Assembly: GCA_947626485.1 (NCBI GenBank)
Contig: CANQSG010000001.1
Span: forward strand, 1,109-65,108
From: an uncultured Clostridia bacterium
GTDB lineage: Bacteria; Bacillota; Clostridia; Oscillospirales; Acutalibacteraceae
Direction of reading: 5' to 3'
Length of the DNA stretch: 64,000 bases
In this document: positions 42,455 to 51,119 of the stretch, in pieces
Layout: the number at the start of each line of letters is the position of its first letter
Position numbering within the stretch: position 1 is the stretch's first letter
The notes under the pieces: generated by a model
What the model was told of the DNA's origin: nothing
Database searches by the model: none
Seen by the model: only the letters and a program-made list of their open reading frames with translations
Made by a program: the position numbers and the translations under genes

Positions 42455-43201
42455 TCAGGCGAGCCCCCAGCTGCGAAGCCGGGCGTAGCTGCGGCGCAGG
42501 CAGTCGAACGGGTTTTCCCCGTTGCAGTCGTCCTGCTCGACCAGCATGTACCGGGTGCCGCTCTGCTCGGCCGCCTGAAACACGCGGTCAAAATTGATGT
42601 TCCCCTCGCCGATGACCGCCATTTTGCGGCCGTAAGCGAAATCCTTCAAATGGATACAGGGGACGCGGCCGGCAAGCAGCTCGAGGTACTGCGCCGGGTC
42701 GCCGCCGCCCGCCTGCACCCAAAAGGTGTCGAGCGTGATGCCCATTTCCGCCGGGGCGAAGTCCTCCGCTAACTTTTGCAGGATCGTCCTGTCCCCGATT
42801 TTCCGGAATTCGTAATCGTGGTGGTGATACATGAAGTATTTGCCGCCCTGCCGCAGCGCCGCGGCGACCGGCTTATAGGTATCGAGAAACGCGTCGTAAT
42901 GCTCGGCGTCGGCGCCGAAATCGAAAAAGCCCAGACCGATATAGTCGCAGCCGAAGCGGTCGTGATCGCGGATGACCCGCTGCGTGTCGTTTTGCAGCGC
43001 GGCGGGCGGGGTGTGGGTGATCACGCACCGCAGCCCGTTTTTTTGCAGCTCACTGCGCAGCCAGTCGGCATCATACGCACAGGTGCCCGACACCTGCACG
43101 CAGCGATAGCCGATGTCGGCGATTTTTTTCAAGGCTTCGGACAGCCCGGATAAATCCTGACAAAAGTCCCGCACGGTAAACATTTGCGCGCCGATTTCCA
43201 T
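42455..43201 (-). CDS. Sugar phosphate isomerase/epimerase (TIM barrel) 2
   Basis: Start MEIGAQMFTVRDF at 43201 (GGAGGA RBS); the ORF-track start is 21 nt upstream. Confidence 0.75.
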   Translation of the reverse strand: MEIGAQMFTVRDFCQDLSGLSEALKKIADIGYRCVQVSGTCAYDADWLRSELQKNGLRCVITHTPPAALQNDTQRVIRDHDRFGCDYIGLGFFDFGADAEHYDAFLDTYKPVAAALRQGGKYFMYHHHDYEFRKIGDRTILQKLAEDFAPAEMGITLDTFWVQAGGGDPAQYLELLAGRVPCIHLKDFAYGRKMAVIGEGNINFDRVFQAAEQSGTRYMLVEQDDCNGENPFDCLRRSYARLRSWGLA

Positions 43202-43205
43202 GTTT

Positions 43206-44060
43206 TTATCCTCCGATCGCATTTACAATTTTTTTCAGCGCCGCGCAGGCGAAATCAAACGCCGCGTCGGCGGAAGCAAACCGTTGTGTCGCGATGCCGC
43301 TGGTCTCGCCTTCGCGTTCAAGTCCGGCAAGTCCCGCAAAATCCGTCAGGTGCGGCTCCAGCGTCAGCGCCGTCCCGCCCTGCGCGAGAAAGGCCCGCAC
43401 GACGGTCGGCAGGGCGCCGTCGCCCTCCCCGGCGGGGACGACACAGCCGTCGCGCTTCGCGTCCTTGATATGCAGATAGCAAATAAAATCGTGCAGCTGC
43501 TCCCACGCCGCCGTCGGCTCGACGCCGCACTGCACAAAATTCGCGGGGTCGAAAATGCCGCGCAGCGCCGGCAGCGCGCGGAAAAGCTCGAGGCAACGCC
43601 CGGGCGTGTCGCCGTAAATCCCCTTTTCGTTCTCGTGACAGAGCGTGACGCCGCTGCCACGCGCGAGCTCGAGGCATTTGCCGAGCCGGTCGATCACCTC
43701 GTCCCGGTAGCGCGCGGGCGGCTCGCCCTGCGGGATATAAAAGGAAAAAAGGCGAATGTGCGCGGCGCCGAGGGTTTGCGCCGTCTGTAATAGGCGCTTG
43801 AATTTCTCGAGGTGGGGCGCGAAGGCGTCACCGGCGCCGATTTTGCCGATCGGCGAGCCGACCGACCAGACGCGCAGGCCGTTTTCGTCGAGCCTGCGCC
43901 GAACCTCCCGCACCTTTTCGGGCGCGAGGTCGGAGACGTTTTCGGCGTCGACGCCGCGAATTTCCAGCCCGTCGAGGCCGTTTCGCAGCAGCGCGGCGAT
44001 CTGCCCGTCGAGGTCGGCGCTCGCCTCGTCGGCGAAGGCGTAAAGGGCGACTTTTCGCAT
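43206..44060 (-). CDS. Sugar phosphate isomerase/epimerase (TIM barrel) 3
   Basis: True start is MRKVALYAFADE at 44060. Contains LCHENE and HIKDA motifs. Confidence 0.75.
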   Translation of the reverse strand: MRKVALYAFADEASADLDGQIAALLRNGLDGLEIRGVDAENVSDLAPEKVREVRRRLDENGLRVWSVGSPIGKIGAGDAFAPHLEKFKRLLQTAQTLGAAHIRLFSFYIPQGEPPARYRDEVIDRLGKCLELARGSGVTLCHENEKGIYGDTPGRCLELFRALPALRGIFDPANFVQCGVEPTAAWEQLHDFICYLHIKDAKRDGCVVPAGEGDGALPTVVRAFLAQGGTALTLEPHLTDFAGLAGLEREGETSGIATQRFASADAAFDFACAALKKIVNAIGG

Positions 44061-44062
44061 CG

Positions 44063-44914
44063 TCACACCCCCGCGTAGGCGGAAAAACCGCCGTCGATGG
44101 GCAGGACGACGCCGGTGATAAAGCCCGCCGCCTCGTTGTTGAGCAGGAACAGCAGGCCGCCCTCCAGCTCTTTTGCCTCGCCGAATCTGCCCATCGGCGT
44201 CGCGGCTAAAATTTTGCCGGTGCGGGGCGTGGGGGTGCCGTCCTCGTGAAACAGGAGCTTCGCGTTTTGCTGCGTCGAGAAAAAGCCGGGGGCTAAGGCG
44301 TTGACCCGGATCTCGACCTTGCTGAAATGCACCGCCAGCCACTGCGTCAGGTTGGAAACCGCCGCCTTGGCGCCCGAATACGCCGGAATCTTCGTCAGCG
44401 GCGTAAAGGCGTTCATGCTCGAAACGTTGAGGATATTACAGCCCGCGCGGCCGATCATCTGCTTCGCGAAGGCCTGCGTCGGCAGCAGGGTGCCCAGAAA
44501 ATTGAGGTTGAAAACAAAGGACACGCCGTCGGCGTCGAGGTCGAAAAAGCTCTTGACGTCGGCGTCGAGGTCGCCCGGCTCGAAATACTCCTTGTCGGTG
44601 GTCGCGCGCGGGTTGTTGCCGCCCGCGCCGTTGACGAGAATGTCGCAGGGGCCGAAGTCCCGCGCGACCGCTTCTGCCGTCCGGTCACAGGCCGCCTTGT
44701 CGAGCACGTTGCAGGCGTAGGCCTTCGCTTTGCCGCCCTCCGCCGTGATCTGCGACGCGACGGCAGCCGCCGCCTGTTCGTTCAAATCGAGCAGCGCGAC
44801 CTTCGCGCCCGCCCTTGCCAGCGTGCGGGAGAACGCCGAGCATAGCACGCCGCCCGCGCCGGTGACGACGGCGACCTTGCCGGTCAAATCGGTGTTCAAT
44901 ACGTTTTTTTGCAT
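44063..44914 (-). CDS. SDR-family oxidoreductase, probable fructuronate/mannonate reductase (UxuB-type SDR)
   Basis: Contains TGAGGVL (cofactor binding) and YSGAKAAV (YxxxK). It lies directly downstream of uxuA. Confidence 0.75.
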   Translation of the reverse strand: MQKNVLNTDLTGKVAVVTGAGGVLCSAFSRTLARAGAKVALLDLNEQAAAAVASQITAEGGKAKAYACNVLDKAACDRTAEAVARDFGPCDILVNGAGGNNPRATTDKEYFEPGDLDADVKSFFDLDADGVSFVFNLNFLGTLLPTQAFAKQMIGRAGCNILNVSSMNAFTPLTKIPAYSGAKAAVSNLTQWLAVHFSKVEIRVNALAPGFFSTQQNAKLLFHEDGTPTPRTGKILAATPMGRFGEAKELEGGLLFLLNNEAAGFITGVVLPIDGGFSAYAGV

Positions 44915-44920
44915 GACGCG

Positions 44921-45973
44921 TTATGCCTCCCTTGCCGCCTTTTCGCAGGCCTCGAACAGCCCGCTGATATACGCCGCGCCGAGCGCCCGGTCGAAAAGGC
45001 CGTAGCCCGGTTTGCCGGTCTCGTCCCAGATCATGCGGCCGTGGTCGGGGCGGACGTAACCGTCGAAGCCGACGTCGGTCAGCGCCCTGACGATCTCATA
45101 CATATCCATTCGCCCGCAGGCCGACTGGTGGCCGCTTTCGACAAAGCTGCCGTCGGGCAGCAGCGCGACCTGCCGCAGGTGCAGAAAGGCGATGCGCCCC
45201 ATTTTGCCGTACTTGCGCACAAGGGCGGGGACGTCGTTGAAATCGGCGCAGCCGAGCGAGCCGGTGCACAGGCAGAGGCTGTTGGCGGGGCTGTCGACGA
45301 TTTGCAGCAGCCGGTCGAGGGCGGCTTCGTCGGTGACGATGCGAGGCAGGCCGAAAATCGGATAGGGCGGGTCGTCGGGGTGGATCGCCATCTGCACGCC
45401 GCAATCCTGCGCGACGGGGATGACACGGCGCAAAAAGGCTTCGAGATTGCGCCACAACCCCGCCTGCCCGAGCCGCCCGTAGGCGGCGAGCAGGTCTCTG
45501 ACCTCGTCCTGCGTGTAGCTCGCGTCCCAGCCCGGCAGGTGGATGTCCTCCTGCAGGGGGTCGAGCTCGGCGAGCTGCGTTTTGTCCAGCACAAGGCTTG
45601 TCGAGCCGTCGGGCGCGGCCTTGTCGAGCTGGGTGCGCGTCCAGTCGAAGACCGGCATAAAGTTATAGGTGATGCACTTGACGCCGTACTTCGCGCAGCG
45701 GCGGATATTCTCACAGTAAACCTCGGTCAGCGCGGCGGCGTTCTCCGTCCCGAGCTTGATCTCCTCGGGGACGGGCACCGATTCCACCACGTCGAAAACA
45801 AGGCCGTTTTTTTCTGCCTGCCTGCGAATGGCGGCGAGGCTTTCCTCGGGCCAGACCTCGCCGGGTTTCACGTCGTAAACCGCGCTGACGACCGAGCGCA
45901 TGCCGGGGATCTGGCGAATGTAAGACAGGGGGATCGGGTCGCTTTCCCCGTACCATCGAAAGGATAATTTCAT
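44921..45973 (-). CDS. uxuA: Mannonate dehydratase
   Basis: Contains MKLSFRWYGESDPI, NFMPVFDWTRT, HPDDPP and HLRQV, which are characteristic UxuA blocks. Confidence 0.9.
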   Translation of the reverse strand: MKLSFRWYGESDPIPLSYIRQIPGMRSVVSAVYDVKPGEVWPEESLAAIRRQAEKNGLVFDVVESVPVPEEIKLGTENAAALTEVYCENIRRCAKYGVKCITYNFMPVFDWTRTQLDKAAPDGSTSLVLDKTQLAELDPLQEDIHLPGWDASYTQDEVRDLLAAYGRLGQAGLWRNLEAFLRRVIPVAQDCGVQMAIHPDDPPYPIFGLPRIVTDEAALDRLLQIVDSPANSLCLCTGSLGCADFNDVPALVRKYGKMGRIAFLHLRQVALLPDGSFVESGHQSACGRMDMYEIVRALTDVGFDGYVRPDHGRMIWDETGKPGYGLFDRALGAAYISGLFEACEKAAREA

Positions 45974-45993
45974 TCGGCGTTTCCTCCGTTTTT

Positions 45994-47172
45994 TTACCAG
46001 TTGACGCTCCAGCGCGCGAGATACCCGCCCCCGTCCGAGGTCGGTTTGCCGCCGGTCGGCTTGCCGCCGGAGCTTGCCGCGCGCGAGGCGAGCATCCGGT
46101 CGAATTCCCGGCTGTCAAAGGGCAGCTTGACCGGGACGTTTCCCTTCCACGCCGACAGATACGCCGCGTTGGAGATCGTCAGCTCCCGGATGCCCTCGAC
46201 CCCCGGAGCGAGCAGCGGCGCGCCGGTCAGAATGGCGTCGGCAAAGTTGCGCAGAATGCCGTTGTGCGAGCTTCCGGCGTTGTCCGGCGAAAATTCTTCA
46301 TAGTCGGTCGGAATCTGCGGGAAGGATTCGACGGAATGGAAGCAGACGTCCCGCTCGTCCTGCGCGAGGGTGTAGTGCTTGAGCGTGCCGTTCTCCAAAA
46401 CGAGCTTGCCGCGGGTGCCGGAAATTTCGAGCCGGTTCGTGCCGGGGTATTCGCCGGTGGAGGTCAGGAAGGTGCCTGTGGCGCCGTCGGCAAAGCGGGC
46501 AAAGATCGCGACGTCGTCCTCCACCTCGATGTTGTGGTACTTCGCCACGTCGCAGAAGGCCGTGATCTCCTGCGGCATGCCGCAGATCCACTGCCAGAGG
46601 TCGAGGTTGTGCGGCGCCTGATTCAGCAGCACGCCGCCCCCTTCGCCCGACCAGGTGGCGCGCCAGTCGGCGGAATCGTAATATTGCTGCGTCCGATACC
46701 AGTTCGTGACGATCCAGACGCTGCGTTTGAGCGCCCCGAGCCTGCCGCTTTTCACGAGCTGACGCGCGCGGGCAAACAGCGGGTCGGTGCGCTGGTTGAA
46801 CATGACGGCGAAGACGAGATCCTGCGTTTTGGCGTAGGCGTTCAGCGCCGCCGCCTTGGTGACGGTGACGTCGACCGGTTTTTCCACCAGCACGTGCCGC
46901 CCCGATCGCAGCACCTGCTGCGCGATGTCACAATGCAGCCGGTGCGGGACCGCGACGATCACCGCGTCGAGCGCCGCGTCAACCAGCATCTGCAAATAGT
47001 CGGTAAAAACGGGGACGTCCGGGAACGACGCCTTGCAGCGGGCGACGCGTTCGGGCGCGATATCGCAGAGGGCAGCGAGCTGCAGTGCGCCCGCCTTGCC
47101 GGAAGAAAGGCTCTGCGCGTGGGCGTAGCCGATGTTTCCGACCCCGATGATTCCGGTTTTTACCTTGTTCAT
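45994..47172 (-). CDS. Gfo/Idh/MocA-family oxidoreductase 1
   Basis: N-terminal KTGIIGVGNIGYAHA Rossmann fold. Paralog of the next gene (shared WRATW.GEGGGVLLNQ.PH.LDLWQWICGMP). Confidence 0.85.
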   Translation of the reverse strand: MNKVKTGIIGVGNIGYAHAQSLSSGKAGALQLAALCDIAPERVARCKASFPDVPVFTDYLQMLVDAALDAVIVAVPHRLHCDIAQQVLRSGRHVLVEKPVDVTVTKAAALNAYAKTQDLVFAVMFNQRTDPLFARARQLVKSGRLGALKRSVWIVTNWYRTQQYYDSADWRATWSGEGGGVLLNQAPHNLDLWQWICGMPQEITAFCDVAKYHNIEVEDDVAIFARFADGATGTFLTSTGEYPGTNRLEISGTRGKLVLENGTLKHYTLAQDERDVCFHSVESFPQIPTDYEEFSPDNAGSSHNGILRNFADAILTGAPLLAPGVEGIRELTISNAAYLSAWKGNVPVKLPFDSREFDRMLASRAASSGGKPTGGKPTSDGGGYLARWSVNW

Positions 47173-47186
47173 GCTGATTCCCCCGT

Positions 47187-48362
47187 TTATTTCTGGCCGC
47201 CGTAAGACCCGCTCGTGTCGGCGAAAACGGTTTTCGCGTCGGTTTTCCTGCGGGAAGTTGCCACCCGCTTTTGCAGTTCGTCGTAATACAGGTTTTCGTC
47301 AAACGGAAGCTCCACCGCTTTGCCGAGGAAGGCGGAAAGGTGCATCGCGTTGGAGAGCGTCAGGCCGTTGATGCCCTCGCTGCCCTCGGCGATCAGCTTG
47401 CCGCCGCGCAGAATGGCGTCCGCCCAGGCGTTCAGCACGTCGACGTGCTGGGGGTTGTCGCCGTCGGTCTCGACGACGCTGCGGGTGCTGTTGACGGTAT
47501 CGAAAAGGCCGGTGTTGGTTCTCGAAAAGACCGGCTCGGGCATTTCGTATTCCTCGAGCAGCAGCTTGCCGCCCTCGACGACGATCTTCGCGCGATCCAT
47601 CTGGATTTCAAAGCGGTTGGTGCCGTGGGCGTCGCCGGTGGAGGTGATAAAGACGCCGGTCGCGCCGTTCGCATATTCCACGTAGGCGGTGACGTCGTCC
47701 TCCACCTCGATGTCGTGCCATTTTCCGAAATGCAGGTGCGCTTCGACCCGCACCGGCATGCCGCAGATCCACTGCCACAGATCGAGCTGGTGGGGGCACT
47801 GGTTGAGCAGGACGCCGCCGCCCTCGCCCGCCCAGGTGGCGCGCCAGTTGCCCGAATTATAATACGCCTGGGGGCGGTACCAGTTCGTGATGATCCAGTT
47901 CGTGCGGCGAATCTGCCCGTAATCCCCGGAATCGACGAGCTCTTTGAGCTTGCGGTAAATGCGGTTGGTGCGCTGGTTGAACATCACGCCGAAGACCACG
48001 TCGGGGTGCGCCGCCGCGACCTCGTTCATCTCGCGCACCTGCCGGGTGTAGACCCCGGCGGGCTTTTCCACCATCACGTGAATGCCGCGCGTCATGCAGG
48101 CGATCGCATATTTCGGGTGGTCGTAGTGCGGGACGGCGACGATGCAGGCGTCGAGCAGGCCGCTGTCGAGCATCTGCATCGCGTCGGAAAAGCAGGACAC
48201 CGCCCCACCGCCTTCCTGCGCACGCAGCCACGAAAGGCGTTCGGGGTTGACGTCGGCGACCGCCGCGAGCGTGAGATCCGGGCACTTCCCGCTTAAAATA
48301 TTCCCGGCGTGGGCGGAGCCCATGTTGCCGATCCCGATGATTCCCACCTTGATTTTCTTCAT
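47187..48362 (-). CDS. Gfo/Idh/MocA-family oxidoreductase 2
   Basis: N-terminal KVGIIGIGNMGSAHA. GGAGGG RBS. Confidence 0.85.
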   Translation of the reverse strand: MKKIKVGIIGIGNMGSAHAGNILSGKCPDLTLAAVADVNPERLSWLRAQEGGGAVSCFSDAMQMLDSGLLDACIVAVPHYDHPKYAIACMTRGIHVMVEKPAGVYTRQVREMNEVAAAHPDVVFGVMFNQRTNRIYRKLKELVDSGDYGQIRRTNWIITNWYRPQAYYNSGNWRATWAGEGGGVLLNQCPHQLDLWQWICGMPVRVEAHLHFGKWHDIEVEDDVTAYVEYANGATGVFITSTGDAHGTNRFEIQMDRAKIVVEGGKLLLEEYEMPEPVFSRTNTGLFDTVNSTRSVVETDGDNPQHVDVLNAWADAILRGGKLIAEGSEGINGLTLSNAMHLSAFLGKAVELPFDENLYYDELQKRVATSRRKTDAKTVFADTSGSYGGQK

Positions 48363-48443
48363 GAAAAACCCTCCAGATTTCGTTAATGATTTACAAATTC
48401 CGGTTTTGAAATCTATTCAAAACAGAGTGAATTCACAAAAATA

Positions 48444-48472
48444 TTGCAATATGGCGCCGATTGTATTATACT
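48444..48472 (+). promoter_or_regulatory. Sigma-A promoter TTGCAA-17 nt-TATACT for the AraC regulator
   Basis: Read directly: -35 at 48444-48449, -10 at 48467-48472. Confidence 0.55.
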
Positions 48473-48496
48473 GAAACGGGAAAGGGGCGACGCAGA

Positions 48497-49348
48497 ATGG
48501 AAGTCCGCTATCAGTTTGCAAAAAACGGGATTTGGATCAATCACATGCTCGACGAGCGCCCCGATCCGGCGGAATTTCGCATGCACGCGCACACGGTCGC
48601 GGAGCTGTTTTATTTCATCTCGGGCAACGGCGTGTTCCACATCGAAGGCACGGAGTATCTGCTGCGGCCGGACGATATCCTGCTGATGCGCCCGCGGGAA
48701 TCCCATTACATCGAGCTGAAAAGCACGGCGCCCTACGAGCGGGTCGTCATTTCCTTCCCGCTGCAGCTTTTCGAGACAATCGACGCCGAAGGTCGGCTGA
48801 CGGAGCCCTTTTTGCGGCGGGACAGCGGAAAATTGAACCTCTACAAATCCTACGAATTCACCGGCAGCTCGACCACGCACTACATCAACGGCATCCTTTC
48901 CTGCTCGCAGGACGATTATCTGGGTGTGCTTTCCCATTTTCTGCCGCTGCTCAACGAGATCCGCATGATCTTCCCCGACAAAACGGAGGACAGCGTGGAC
49001 GACACGCTGGAATACCGGATCATCCGATATATCAACCAGAACATTCACACCGAGCTTTCGCTCGAACACCTCTGCAAGAAGTTCGCCGTCAGCAAGCAGT
49101 ACCTTTGCAGCATGTTCAAGAAGTCCACCGGCGCCACCGTCTGGCAGTACATCACCGCCAAGCGGGTGATCACCGCCCACCAGCTCCTCGCCAAGGGCGC
49201 CAAGGCGACCAGCGTCTTTTCCCAGGTGGGCTTCAACGATTATTCCTCGTTTTACCGCGCCTACGTCAAGCACTTCTCCGCGTCCCCCAGTCAGCTCGGC
49301 TCCGCCGATCCCCTGTCCGACGCCGACCGCGATATCACGCAGGTCTGA
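48497..49348 (+). CDS. AraC-family transcriptional regulator
   Basis: ATG at 48497 (MEVRYQF) is preferred over the ORF-track TTG at 48461. Cupin-like N-terminus with a C-terminal AraC HTH (LCKKFAVSKQYLCSMFKKSTG). Confidence 0.85.
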   Translation: MEVRYQFAKNGIWINHMLDERPDPAEFRMHAHTVAELFYFISGNGVFHIEGTEYLLRPDDILLMRPRESHYIELKSTAPYERVVISFPLQLFETIDAEGRLTEPFLRRDSGKLNLYKSYEFTGSSTTHYINGILSCSQDDYLGVLSHFLPLLNEIRMIFPDKTEDSVDDTLEYRIIRYINQNIHTELSLEHLCKKFAVSKQYLCSMFKKSTGATVWQYITAKRVITAHQLLAKGAKATSVFSQVGFNDYSSFYRAYVKHFSASPSQLGSADPLSDADRDITQV

Positions 49349-49430
49349 AGCAATTTCATTCTACCATGTTCCCGGGTAAAATACGATTGTTTATCGAACG
49401 CAAAAAAGATTGCAAATCGTCCGGGGCATT

Positions 49431-51119
49431 TTAAGAGAGTTCGAAGCCGAACACGCGGAAATCGGGGGCGCCGTGGGTCGAAAGGGGGATCAGCCGAACC
49501 GACTTCACCCGCCAGTCCACCGCATGCAGGACAAACCGTTGGTGCGAATTTTCGCACCGGATGATCTCCTGCCTGCCGGCGCTGTCGGTCCCGACGATTT
49601 GATAACTTCGCAGCAGCGTTTCCGGAAGTCGGAAGCGCTTTTCTTCTTTTCGGATAAAAAAGGGCATATTGTGATAATTGCGGTTCAGATCGCTGTCGAA
49701 AACCAGCCGAATCTGCCGCACCGGCGTGTCCTCGTCGAAGGTGTATTCGATGAAATCGCCCGGCGCGCCGACCCAGAGGTTTTCCTCGCCCCGCTCGACG
49801 CCGTTGCGCACGACCTCGGCGCTGCAATGCGCCCGCAGGGAGAGCGGCGCGACCGCCCGGCGGTGCCACGGCAGGAAGCAATCGTCCTGCATCAGGGTGT
49901 CTTGCAGCTTCGGAATGTCGATTTCCCGGATATCCCGGTTTTCGTGGATCGCCTGCGCCACCGCCGTACCGAGCGCCTGCCCCAACACGCCGCAGGTCGC
50001 CATCACCCGCGAGGAGCTCAGCGCCGCATGCGTCACGCTGATGTTGCGCCCGGCAAAGACTAAATTTTGCTTGTCGGCGGAGATCATACAGCGCAGCGGC
50101 AGACCCCACGGCTCGGGCGCCGGGTGGTAGATCGTCGGGTAGCCCGCCGTATAATAAAAGCCTGCGGGAAAATGATCGTCCATTTTCCAGCCCGCGTAAG
50201 CCACCAGATCGTCAAACCGACCCTCCGCCTCCACGTCGTTCTGCGTGACGGTGTATTCACCGACGTACCGGCGGCTCTCCCGCTTGCCGGGCAGGAAGCC
50301 GATCCATTCGAGCTCCCAGTTCTCCGCGCCGTGGTCGCCCTTGTTCTTCATGTGATCCCAGACGCCGTAGACGATTTTCAAGCATTCCTCGCGGCAGCGG
50401 TCGCTGTCGTGAATGCAGTCCCACTCCCCGCCGACCTCGATCCACCAGAAATTGGTGTCGAAATTGTGGTTCCGGTGGGGCAGGTCGGCGTCGGTTTCGT
50501 AGGTATACGCCCAGTCCGGTTTCCGGAACGGGACGGGGTGATCGGTTTCGCGCGCCTGAAACAGGCAGCTCATGCCCATGGTCTTGCGGTCGGCGACGTC
50601 GGGCGGAATCGTCTCCCCGAATTCCGCCTTCGCCTCGCGGCCGTACCGGTAACGCGCGCCGGACAGCGGCGCTAAGATCGAATCGCCGGAGCAGTCGGCG
50701 AAATAGGTCGCCGTCACGGTGTGGAAGGTTTCGGCGTTGGATTGCCACGCCGTCACGCTGCAAATCCTGTCCCCCTGCGTTTTCGCGTCGAGCACGCTGC
50801 TGTTGAGCAAAACGGTCAGGTTCTCCTGCCCCATGGCGGCGGCGTACAAAACAGCGTCCCACAGCGGGTATTTCAGCCCGGGATTCTGATAAAAATTCTC
50901 GAGCTCCAATTCCTCGATGATGCCGGTCTCCCGGTTGTCCTTTCCGTGAGCGCCGCAGATGTGCATGCGCACCTCGCTCGAGGCGTTGCCGCCCAGCACG
51001 GGGCGATCGTGCAGCAGCACCACGCGAATGCCGTGCCGCGCGGCGGCGAGCGCGGTACAAAGCCCCGCCATGCCGCCGCCCACCACGCAAAGATCGGTTT
51101 GATAGGTCAGCGTTCTCAT
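49431..51119 (-). CDS. FAD-dependent oxidoreductase (FAD_oxidored-type, the kind found in glycan loci)
   Basis: N-terminal DLCVVGGGMAGLCTALAAARHG dinucleotide fold. The start overlaps the GH36-like stop (ATGA). Confidence 0.8.
   Translation of the reverse strand: MRTLTYQTDLCVVGGGMAGLCTALAAARHGIRVVLLHDRPVLGGNASSEVRMHICGAHGKDNRETGIIEELELENFYQNPGLKYPLWDAVLYAAAMGQENLTVLLNSSVLDAKTQGDRICSVTAWQSNAETFHTVTATYFADCSGDSILAPLSGARYRYGREAKAEFGETIPPDVADRKTMGMSCLFQARETDHPVPFRKPDWAYTYETDADLPHRNHNFDTNFWWIEVGGEWDCIHDSDRCREECLKIVYGVWDHMKNKGDHGAENWELEWIGFLPGKRESRRYVGEYTVTQNDVEAEGRFDDLVAYAGWKMDDHFPAGFYYTAGYPTIYHPAPEPWGLPLRCMISADKQNLVFAGRNISVTHAALSSSRVMATCGVLGQALGTAVAQAIHENRDIREIDIPKLQDTLMQDDCFLPWHRRAVAPLSLRAHCSAEVVRNGVERGEENLWVGAPGDFIEYTFDEDTPVRQIRLVFDSDLNRNYHNMPFFIRKEEKRFRLPETLLRSYQIVGTDSAGRQEIIRCENSHQRFVLHAVDWRVKSVRLIPLSTHGAPDFRVFGFELS

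Noticed and set aside
48413-49434. 286-aa minus ORF and 300-aa alternative plus-frame ORF over the AraC gene
   Set aside because: Only the 48497-49348 frame yields an AraC HTH and cupin. The others are compositional artefacts.
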